DNA of 64,000 nucleotides from Candidatus Heimdallarchaeota archaeon (GTDB lineage Archaea; Asgardarchaeota; Heimdallarchaeia; JABLTI01), in the NCBI GenBank assembly GCA_019056785.1, contig DXJV01000084.1, forward strand, positions 134,492-198,491. The letters run 5' to 3'. The stretch's first letter is position 1; the number at the start of each line of letters is the position of its first letter. The notes under the pieces were generated by a model. That model ran no database searches. It was not told the origin of the DNA and saw nothing but the letters and a program-made list of their open reading frames with translations. Below, one piece after another: positions 24,170 to 32,675 of the stretch. The position numbers were made by a program, and so were the translations under genes.

Positions 24170-25165
24170 ATGGATGGCAAAAATGAAGCGTTTTTATTAG
24201 TGGAATTTGACTCAATGAAAGGGCCATTGATTAGAATGGTAAGGCCAAAAAAGGCGACTTTAATTAAGAAAATAAATGAAAAGAAATTGCTAATCTGGAT
24301 CATCCGTGCGACAGAATTCTCAGTTCAAAGATTAGGGGAATTAACCGTTTATGCTAAAGCCCTTGCATTGGACGACCCGAACTTTAGCCGGAAAAAAAGG
24401 CAGTTTGGGGTAGCATTTTTAACGCAACGCACGTTAGAATTAACAGTGGCACAAAAGTTACTCGAGTTATTGATCCAAAAATGCAAAAAAGAAGCAAATA
24501 ACCAAGGATATTTTTTAATGTTACAAAAATTTTTGGAAACACTCGAGTTTGCTCAAGTTCAACTGGATGCAAATGCACTTGTAACCGAACCCGAAGAGAA
24601 AGAATTTGATTCAAATAAACTGCAAATCTTCAATAAAATAACCTTTGAATTTAAAGAGCTTGCTAAGGAAATAATTGTAAATGCTACAAACACCACAGAC
24701 CAACAAAATAAGCAAAATAATGCACCGCTCCAATTTGAAACGAGAAAAATAAAAGCTCAAGTTGAGCTACAAGGAGAGCGCCCTCAAGATTTGAGCTTAG
24801 CATTGAACCTTTTTTTGCGTATATTGGAGAGATTACCGAAAGAAGAGTTGCAGACGAGAATTATTGCGGCAGTTGAATATCTCGACAGATTATTGTTCGA
24901 GAAAGTAGATATCGAGTATTTCCTTTCATTTCTACATTACTTTATTTCAATGGAAGAATTCACTATCAGCGAATTTAAAAAAGAAGAATTGATCGCCCAA
25001 CTGAAGAACCTTCAAGAAACACATGGGGAATGGATAAAATGCTTAGTAACAGCAGAATTCACAGGGAAAAGCCTGGAACATTTTTTTAAAATAACGGGCT
25101 TTCGAAGAGAAGGGCTAGAATTACTAATTGATTTGCTTTTCATCAAAATAATTGCTGTTCATTAA
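24170..25165 (+). CDS. Longin/uDENN-domain protein, NPRL2/folliculin-like
   Basis: N-terminal LVEFDSMKGPLI strand motif, LDDPNFSRKKRQFGVAFL hairpin and a wHTH-like C-terminus. Confidence 0.65.
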   Translation: MDGKNEAFLLVEFDSMKGPLIRMVRPKKATLIKKINEKKLLIWIIRATEFSVQRLGELTVYAKALALDDPNFSRKKRQFGVAFLTQRTLELTVAQKLLELLIQKCKKEANNQGYFLMLQKFLETLEFAQVQLDANALVTEPEEKEFDSNKLQIFNKITFEFKELAKEIIVNATNTTDQQNKQNNAPLQFETRKIKAQVELQGERPQDLSLALNLFLRILERLPKEELQTRIIAAVEYLDRLLFEKVDIEYFLSFLHYFISMEEFTISEFKKEELIAQLKNLQETHGEWIKCLVTAEFTGKSLEHFFKITGFRREGLELLIDLLFIKIIAVH

Positions 25166-25210
25166 TAATACATTTAAAGAACAGAGGAGAATAATGGAAT
25201 GTGAATTGCA

Positions 25211-26014
25211 TTGACCAGCAAAAGGGATCTGACATCACTCCCCTCACTAATGGTTCCAGGACAACCGGCAATCCTATTCAATGATAAGAAAAAAGGAAGA
25301 ACATTAGTAGTCGCAGACCTGCACATTGGCTATGTCTACAATCAAAATAAAAGAGGGATAATTATCCCGATGGCGAGAACAGCAGAAGAAGAACTGCTGA
25401 AGCTGGTAAAAAAACTCGAGCCAAGAAGAGTCATTATTTTAGGCGATTTTAAAGATGAAATTTATGGCGCGGGCAACCCGTTAACCGGCAGAATTTTTTC
25501 TTTTATCAAAAAAATGACAGCAAAAGCACGATTAACAATTATCAAAGGCAACCATGATGGCAATCTCGAAGATTTTTTGAGTAAGCCAATTGAAATTATC
25601 CCTGCAACCGGAATGACATTAGAATTACTCGAGGGAATAAAAATAGGGCTCTGGCATGGACATGCAACACCAGCACTTGATGTTATGAATGCTCAAATAA
25701 CTATTTCAGCACACGCACACCCCGCATATAGTTTTCGAGATCAATTGGGAACAAAAATAACAGAAAAAGTGTGGGTGAAAAGCAAATGGCGCGAAGAAAC
25801 AAAAAAAAGAACCCACATTATTATGCCGGCGTTCAACCCTTACATTGATGGTTTCTCGGTAGATGGGGAGTTCTTTAAAAAGAATGTAACAATGCGTGAA
25901 GGGGTGGAGTTCTTGAAAGCAGAAGTTTTCACACTCGAGGGAGTCCTCTTAGGAACCATTGAAGAACTGCAAGAAGAACGAAGAAAAATAGAAGAGAAAA
26001 AAGAAACCAGATGA
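25211..26014 (+). CDS. Calcineurin-like metallophosphoesterase (archaeal COG1407-like)
   Basis: Motifs ADLHIG, ILGD, KGNHD, HGH, HAHP and MPAFN. Confidence 0.9.
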   Translation: MTSKRDLTSLPSLMVPGQPAILFNDKKKGRTLVVADLHIGYVYNQNKRGIIIPMARTAEEELLKLVKKLEPRRVIILGDFKDEIYGAGNPLTGRIFSFIKKMTAKARLTIIKGNHDGNLEDFLSKPIEIIPATGMTLELLEGIKIGLWHGHATPALDVMNAQITISAHAHPAYSFRDQLGTKITEKVWVKSKWREETKKRTHIIMPAFNPYIDGFSVDGEFFKKNVTMREGVEFLKAEVFTLEGVLLGTIEELQEERRKIEEKKETR

Positions 26015-26019
26015 AAAGC

Positions 26020-27405
26020 TCACTTCTTTCCATTTGCCCGAGCAACCACCACACCAGAAATCGCACTCTGCATAACGCCACGGGTAATGCCCGCACCATC
26101 ACCAATGAAGTATAAATTCTTGACGGTTTTCGACTCGAGATTTTTTGTCATATCAATACGAATACTATACAACTTGATCTCAGGAGCATAGATAAGTGTA
26201 TTTGGCCCATCAATCCCAGGCATGATAGCATTAAGGTGAGTAAGAAAGTCTCGCAAGTCACTCATCACTCTACTTGGAATAGCAAAACTAATGTCACCTG
26301 CAATAGCACTCTCGAGTGTAGGTCGAATAACGGAGCGTTTTAATCGCTCAAGGGTTGAACGACGACCGTTTTTCAAATCTTCGAAACGTTGGATAAGAAC
26401 AGAATTTCCACCAGAGAGCATGTTTGCTAAGTTAGCAACATGTTTAGCATAGCGAATGGGTTGCTTGAAGGGTTCTGTGAAATTACACGTGACAAGAATT
26501 GCAAAATTAGTGTTAGGACTATTTACATCAGTCCGGCTTTCACCATTCACACAAGTCGTTTCATCATAACGCTCAGTTGTTACGAATCCGCCAGGACAAA
26601 CACAAAAAGTACGGACATGGTCCTCATAGGTCCTTGTGACATATTCAATTTTGAACTCGTAAAGATTGTCAGTAAATTCTTTGCAATACTCATTTAAGGT
26701 TTCTACGCGAACACCGATATCAACGGCATTATTGGAGTAAGAAATTCCAAGTCGATTGCATTCGGCTTTCAACCAGTTTGTCCCGCCACGACCAACAGCC
26801 ATGACGACCTTTTTCGCCTTGTATTCTCGACCATCGGCAGTTCGGACGCCGATCGCAACACCATCTTTCACTAGAATTTTATCGACTTTCTTCCGTAAAA
26901 CAATGTTGATCTTATCTTTTAGATATTGATAGATGTTTTCCATAATTGCGGAAGCATTATCTGTTCCGAGATGGCGAATGGGGTAAGTGACGAGTTTCAT
27001 GTTTTCTTTCCGGCATAGGCTTTCCATACGCTCGACAAACTCAGGGTCAGGGCTAAAATAGCGATCACCACCATTACTAAAACTGAGAATGGTTTGATCA
27101 ACATATTCAATTAATTCAGAAAGCTCTTTCATACTGATAAAGTCGCTCATCCAACCGCCAACAGTGCCGGTGACATCTTTGGTGATTTTACCGTCGGACC
27201 AAGCACCGGCACCACCAAAACCACTGGTTATGTCACAAGTCTTGCAGGCAACGCATTCAATATTTTGCTCACGACGAGGACAATACCTTTTGGTAACTTC
27301 TTTACCCCGGTCAATGAGAGTAATATTAGTAACGCCTTGTTTAACTAATTCTAAAGCGCAAAAGATCCCTGCAGGACCTGCACCAACAATTACAAAGTCA
27401 TCCAT
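26020..27405 (-). CDS. FAD-dependent oxidoreductase (COG2509-like) with N-terminal Cys cluster
   Basis: Motifs GAGPAG, CxxCxxC, GFGGAGAWSDGK, VDIGVRVE, RTFCVCPGG and GDGAGITRG. Confidence 0.9.
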   Translation of the reverse strand: MDDFVIVGAGPAGIFCALELVKQGVTNITLIDRGKEVTKRYCPRREQNIECVACKTCDITSGFGGAGAWSDGKITKDVTGTVGGWMSDFISMKELSELIEYVDQTILSFSNGGDRYFSPDPEFVERMESLCRKENMKLVTYPIRHLGTDNASAIMENIYQYLKDKINIVLRKKVDKILVKDGVAIGVRTADGREYKAKKVVMAVGRGGTNWLKAECNRLGISYSNNAVDIGVRVETLNEYCKEFTDNLYEFKIEYVTRTYEDHVRTFCVCPGGFVTTERYDETTCVNGESRTDVNSPNTNFAILVTCNFTEPFKQPIRYAKHVANLANMLSGGNSVLIQRFEDLKNGRRSTLERLKRSVIRPTLESAIAGDISFAIPSRVMSDLRDFLTHLNAIMPGIDGPNTLIYAPEIKLYSIRIDMTKNLESKTVKNLYFIGDGAGITRGVMQSAISGVVVARANGKK

Positions 27406-27477
27406 CAGTTCTTACCTAGCTGTCATTTTTTTACTCAATAAAAAATTATTCGCTAACTATTATAAATGAAAGCAAAA

Positions 27478-28770
27478 TTATGCAAGGCGAAAGAGGAACA
27501 AAAGGAAATTACCAAAGAAGAGATAGAGAAGAAAACCAAGAAGCATAAGAAGAACAAAAGGAATACCTGGAGTAATCCAGACAAACTTCTTATTACGGGT
27601 TTGAAGCTGCCAAAGGGTTCGTAGCTGGCGCTTCTCCATTAAAGGCTCATCTTCTAATCCAAAACGCATTTTCAACTTCCAACTTGGCTCTCCCGTTTGC
27701 GTGCCAATTAGTTTACCTTGTAAGGAAGAGCCATGAAAATCACCGGTAAGTTTGCCTAGAAGTCGACCCTCAATTGAGCCGTCAAAAACGCCCTCCAGGA
27801 AACCAACAAATAATCCGGAAAAAGCACCAAAAGATCGCCCTTCAGAAACAATTAATTTCTCACCCTCGACAAAGTCAACGGCACGGTCCCTACCAAAAAG
27901 GTCAGTTTGATATTTTCGCAAAACATAATCGAGGTCCTCTTCGTTATCTTTTTTCTCGAGTTTCAAATGTTGAAAAATACTTTGTGCTTCAGCTATAATG
28001 GCATTAACATCCTTGTCAGCAAAGGTATGAGGAGCAGCGCCGGAAAGAACCTTACCGACGATTCTACCAGCAAATTCACCCTTTAAAGAACCTTCAAAAA
28101 ATCCCAAGAAAGAGCCATCCAAACGACCAGAGAAATCACCGGAAAAACGACCGGTAAAGGATCGATCGGGGAGAGCTTCAAGAAAATCGAAATGAAGTTT
28201 TTTAGGGGTAATCTTGTGGACAGCTTTTTGATAGCCAAAAAGAAAACAACGAGCCTTGTCAAAGAACGAACCTTGAACCTCAAGAAAAGGAGGAGAACGA
28301 AGAGCGCGTATACTGTTGTAGAGGAGTAAAATAAGAGGATAAAAAAGAGCAAAAAGAGCACTATTAAGAAGAATGGACACAACAGAGGAGTCAATGATCA
28401 GAAGGGGGGAGTCCGGCAGAAAAAGAAAAGGGGTGCGTTCTAAAAAGGGGTGTAAGGGAACAAGAACTGCAAGCGACCACAGCGCCTTAGAATCGGCACC
28501 ACCCCAAGCACCAATATAGAATAAAAGAAAGCCAAGGAGAAAACCAAGAACAATGTTAAGGAGCATTTCAGCAAGAACATCACTAAACACGCGGGGACCA
28601 TCATAGAAAATAAGGTAGAGAATATCTAGGACGAAACCAGCACCAACCATACTTAACCAGACAAACTCATGACGAACCTCTCGGAAAAGGAGATCTTGTA
28701 CAGCCGCGTAGAGAAGAGCAAGAAGAGTAAGAATGGGGACAAGAATCGAATAAACATCAAGGAAAGTCAT
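27478..28770 (-). CDS. A24 family prepilin/prearchaellin peptidase (FlaK/PibD-like) with Gly-repeat insertion
   Basis: Catalytic Asp motifs AAVQDLLFREV and GAWGGADSKAL; C-terminal VWITPGIPFV. Confidence 0.88.
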   Translation of the reverse strand: MTFLDVYSILVPILTLLALLYAAVQDLLFREVRHEFVWLSMVGAGFVLDILYLIFYDGPRVFSDVLAEMLLNIVLGFLLGFLLFYIGAWGGADSKALWSLAVLVPLHPFLERTPFLFLPDSPLLIIDSSVVSILLNSALFALFYPLILLLYNSIRALRSPPFLEVQGSFFDKARCFLFGYQKAVHKITPKKLHFDFLEALPDRSFTGRFSGDFSGRLDGSFLGFFEGSLKGEFAGRIVGKVLSGAAPHTFADKDVNAIIAEAQSIFQHLKLEKKDNEEDLDYVLRKYQTDLFGRDRAVDFVEGEKLIVSEGRSFGAFSGLFVGFLEGVFDGSIEGRLLGKLTGDFHGSSLQGKLIGTQTGEPSWKLKMRFGLEDEPLMEKRQLRTLWQLQTRNKKFVWITPGIPFVLLMLLGFLLYLFFGNFLLFLFRLA

Positions 28771-28792
28771 AACAAAAACAACCTCGGAACTA

Positions 28793-29749
28793 TTATTTCT
28801 TAGGGTCAGAAGGGGGAGAAGTTTGCTCATCTTTGGAGTCAGAACTCTCTTTTTGGGCCGGTCGAAGGAAGCCAGCAGTGATAAGAATATTACGAAGACG
28901 CTCTAAATCAGCCTCGGAGAGAGGTAAAACAGGGCGACGAGGAATGCCGACATTAACCCCCTGTAAATTCAGACCGGCTTTGATGGCTGCCGGGAAGGAC
29001 CCAAGCTTGAAGCCAATCTCGAGGGGGATCAATTTCGTTTGCAATTCCTCGAAGCGGCCCTTCATCTCAACATTAAGGGCCTCATACAGCTCGACAAGAA
29101 GGCTGGGAACAACATTGGCACTCGGGACAATTGCCCCTTCAACTTTCCCCTCTTGGATGGCCTGGGGGGCAAGAAGACCGCGACCGGCATAAACACGGAA
29201 GTCATCACGAACACTCGCGCTAATATCGAGCAATTTCTTAAACTCATTACTCATCTCAACAAGACCAACAATGTTACCGAACTTGGAGAGTTTGGCAATA
29301 AGCTCGGTAGGAAGGTCGATTTTACAGGAGTCAGGGTCATTGACAATCAGAAAACTATTATCAACATGCGAAACAACATGCTCAATATGAGAAACAAGCT
29401 CTGAAATATTAAGTTGGGGGATATGTGGTGGGTAGAGAACAAGACCATCAGCTCCACTGTCGGTGGCATAGGAAGCAATCTCAAGAATGCGATGCGTGTT
29501 ATCAGTAGGAAGACCAATAAAAACAGGAACAACGCCATTGACATGATCAACAACAGTGTCAATAACTTGATGAAACTCCTCGTCGTTAAGGGAATAAGAT
29601 TCAGAGCTATGAGCAGTAGGAAGGATGGCGTGGATCTCATTATTAATAAGATAGTCCACCAATTCTCGGAGAGCAGTCAAATCAAGTGTTTCGTCAGAAT
29701 GGAAAGGGGTGACACAAGGACAACCAATTCCTTTGAATTTCTTTGCCAT
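28793..29749 (-). CDS. DapA/DHDPS-family TIM barrel, catalytic residues substituted
   Basis: Family motifs VTPF, GADG, ANVVP, FPAAIKAGL and PRRPVLPL are present. GLVEMS replaces the usual GIKDS. Confidence 0.85.
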   Translation of the reverse strand: MAKKFKGIGCPCVTPFHSDETLDLTALRELVDYLINNEIHAILPTAHSSESYSLNDEEFHQVIDTVVDHVNGVVPVFIGLPTDNTHRILEIASYATDSGADGLVLYPPHIPQLNISELVSHIEHVVSHVDNSFLIVNDPDSCKIDLPTELIAKLSKFGNIVGLVEMSNEFKKLLDISASVRDDFRVYAGRGLLAPQAIQEGKVEGAIVPSANVVPSLLVELYEALNVEMKGRFEELQTKLIPLEIGFKLGSFPAAIKAGLNLQGVNVGIPRRPVLPLSEADLERLRNILITAGFLRPAQKESSDSKDEQTSPPSDPKK

Positions 29750-29791
29750 GACAATTCAGCTCGAATGTAACTCTTCATTGAAAGTTATAAT

Positions 29792-30082
29792 CTACTCCTT
29801 TTCAACTGATGACGTTAAAGATGATTTCTGAGAGGGTGAGGAGGCAGCCACAGCTGCAACAGAAGAACCCTCAGAGGTGGGGGGAGAACCAAGAGAACGA
29901 GAACTTAAAAGCGTTTCAATGCTACCGAAAATGCCAAGAAAGAACATCAAAAAACCCGGAAGGACAAGCCAGGGGTCGTCGCCGGGGAGAAGAGGGCGAG
30001 AAGGAGTGAGAGCGCCCCAAAGAATGAACAGTAACCCAAGAAGAGAAGAAAGAATAAACCAAGTATAGCGAGACTGTTGCAT
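29792..30082 (-). CDS. Small membrane protein with two TM helices
   Basis: Two hydrophobic segments and an S-rich tail; co-directional with its neighbours. Confidence 0.6.
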   Translation of the reverse strand: MQQSRYTWFILSSLLGLLFILWGALTPSRPLLPGDDPWLVLPGFLMFFLGIFGSIETLLSSRSLGSPPTSEGSSVAAVAASSPSQKSSLTSSVEKE

Positions 30083-30190
30083 AGACGTACACCAATTAAA
30101 GACATTGAAACGTTTAGTTCGTGAAATAACCATCGAAATAACCATAATTAAAGATTTTCAATAGACCAAATAAAAGAAAAAAACACCATA

Positions 30191-30871
30191 TCAAGAGAAA
30201 ATTTTGCCGTCAACGATGGCTAAAAGCTCCTTGTGGGCGTTCCTCAGAGCCTCCCGGCCAAGAGGAGTCAACTCATAGACCTTGCGCTCGCGGTCACCAT
30301 CAAACTGCGAGGAACTGACAATATATTGTTTTTCAACGAGACGATAAAGAGAAGGATAAATAGTGCCAAGAGCAATCTTCCGGCCGAAAAAATTAGCAAG
30401 ACGGTCAACAAGGTCGTAACCATGAAGGGGAGACTGATCGAGAATGAAGAGAATGCGGTACTGAGCAAGGGATTTTAGCAACTCGAAACCAGGGTCGTCA
30501 ACAGAAAGGTCAGAAGAAAGACCAGAAACAATGCGCCGGAGAGCAGAGAGAGCATTTTCAAGAGCAATGCGGCCAAGACGGGTGAGAAGATAGGTTTTGC
30601 GTTTGCGGCCGGCAACAAGAAGGTTGTGACTGAGAAGATACTCCTTGTGCTCCATGCGCTGGAGAAGAGGATAGATGGTGCCGGGAGAGAGACGACGACC
30701 GTAGACAGGCTCCAAAAGAGAAGTAAGCTCATAGCCATGAAGAGGACCACGACGGAGAATCAACAAGATGAGAAATTGCGTGAGACCGGAAATAAGCTCA
30801 TGACCAACTGGGGGGGAAACCGAAGAGGGGGAAGGATGACCAGGAGAGGAAAGATCAGTCTTTTCAGGCAA
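30191..30871 (-). CDS. Tandem double PadR-family winged-helix regulator (start uncertain)
   Basis: Two copies of PLHGY(E/D)L...GTIYP.L.R...RK.Y.LT.LGR.AL. The upstream part of the ORF-track call is low-complexity UTR. Confidence 0.85.
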   Translation of the reverse strand: MPEKTDLSSPGHPSPSSVSPPVGHELISGLTQFLILLILRRGPLHGYELTSLLEPVYGRRLSPGTIYPLLQRMEHKEYLLSHNLLVAGRKRKTYLLTRLGRIALENALSALRRIVSGLSSDLSVDDPGFELLKSLAQYRILFILDQSPLHGYDLVDRLANFFGRKIALGTIYPSLYRLVEKQYIVSSSQFDGDRERKVYELTPLGREALRNAHKELLAIVDGKIFS

Positions 30872-31062
30872 GATGCTCACAACACAAAGATGAAAGGAAA
30901 GGAGGATTAATATACACACTATAAAAAGAAAGGAGACTTTAAAAGATTTATTTATAACAAAGAAAAGGAAAAGAAAGGAAAGGAATGAAATGGAAAAGAG
31001 AAAAGAAAGGGAAAAAGGGCGGGAGAAAAAAAGCACGCCCGGAAAAAAAAGGAGAAGAAAAA

Positions 31063-32454
31063 TTATTTGCGCTTAACTTCGGTGATAACACCAACAGCAA
31101 CAGTCTGACCCATGTCACGAGCAGCAAAACGACCCAAAGAGGGGAAGTCAGCAAACTTCTCGCAAATGAAGGGAGCAAAAGGCTGGAAGGTAATCTCAGC
31201 AAAGTCACCCTGAAGAAGATAGTGACTGGGGTCATAATCGCCAGTGGCAACCAAAGATTTGCGCTGGGGGGACTTCTTGAGAATCTTGAAGTCAACAATC
31301 TGACAGGCTTGAGCAGCCTGACCAAGATGAATAATAGGAGCATAACCCTTGGACATGCCGGTAGGCTGACTGGCACCAGGCTTGGAGAGGTTCTTCAAAA
31401 CAAAGGTGCGGGCAACAAAAGTGTCGACAATCTTGGGCTCGTCCTTGCCAGGATGACCAACAACATCGCCCTTCTTAATCTCGTTGCGAGCAATGCCCTT
31501 GACATTGAAACCAATGTTATCGCCAGGCTTGGCCTCTTGCAACTGCTCATGGTGCATCTCAATAGACTGAACCTTAGCACGCTTCTTGGAAATGGGAAAG
31601 ATAACTTCCTCGCCAACCTTGAGAGTGCCAGACTCAATCTTACCAACAGGAACAGTGCCAACACCCTTGATGGCATAAATATCCTGAATAGGCATACGAA
31701 GAGGTTTGTCAACAGGAAGAGCAGGAACCTTGAACTCATTAAGAGCATCCATAAGAGTAGGGCCCTTATACCAGGACATCTTGTCACTCTTCTGAACAAG
31801 ATTGTCACCAGTCATACCACTAACAGGAATGAACTTGATACCAGAAACTTTTTCTTTGGAAACTAAACCACTCTTGACAAAACCATCAATGAGAGCCTGA
31901 ACACGCTCAACAACCTTATTATAACCATCCTCCTTAAAGTCAACAAGATCCATCTTGTTAACAGCAACAACAATCTGGTTAATACCAAGAGTAATGGCTA
32001 AAGTAAGATGCTCAATGGTCTGACCACCAGGAATACGACGATCACCCTTGGGGGTCTTCTCAATGCGCTCAGTAGAAAGACCAGCCTCTAAATCGTTCTT
32101 CTCAGCAGAAACAACAAGAATAGCAGCATTAGCCTGAGACGCGCCAGAGATCATGTTCTTGAAGAAGTCTCGATGTCAAGGAGTATCAATGATAGTGAAA
32201 ACAGCGCTCTTGGTTTCAAATTTGAAAAAGCTGACATCAATGGTCAAGCCACGCTCGCGCTCCTCCTGGAGCTTCTGGAGGACCCAAGCATACTTCCAAC
32301 TGGGTTTGCCAATCTTCTCGGCCTCCTCTGCATACTTGTCAATCAAACGCTTGTCAACAGCACCAGCAAGGAATAAAAGGTGACCGCACATTGTACTTTT
32401 TCCGTGGTCTACATGTCCTATTATTACTAGATTGAGGTGTGGTTTATCTGCCAT
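31063..32454 (-). CDS. tuf: Translation elongation factor EF-1alpha, interrupted by one in-frame TGA (32176-32178)
   Basis: [38 protein letters not shown] and [15 protein letters not shown]. The two ORF-track pieces are in the same frame (1392 nt total). Confidence 0.93.
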
Positions 32455-32675
32455 TTTTTTTCACCGTTTTTTTTAGTATTTTTTTTCTTTTTTTGTTTTT
32501 TTTTTCTTAGTCAAAATCATTTTCGTTTACTTTTTTTCTTTCTTTTTTGATTTTGCTGTTATGCTTTTTTTTCTTCTCTTTAAGAATTTTTTGTATTGCT
32601 TTGAATTCTTTCTTTTACTGCACTTTTTTCTTCTCTATAAAAATTTTGCTTGTGTTTTCATTTTTCTTCTTTTTT

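Noticed and set aside
30880-31062. SECIS element for selenocysteine at the EF-1alpha UGA
   Set aside because: The 3' region is an oligo-U/C tract with only a short GGGCG/CGCCC hairpin. There is no AUGA/GA core, and the position is a Gly rather than a Cys.
32176-32178. Genome-wide UGA reassignment (Gly or Trp)
   Set aside because: Conserved genes end at TGA at their expected C-termini (nusA 14545, 26014, ribK 45433).
28833-32383. Many long + strand ORFs (e.g. 30985..31866, 293 aa)
   Set aside because: They are antisense shadows of real - strand genes. T-depletion of the + strand removes stop codons, so they are a by-product of the skew.
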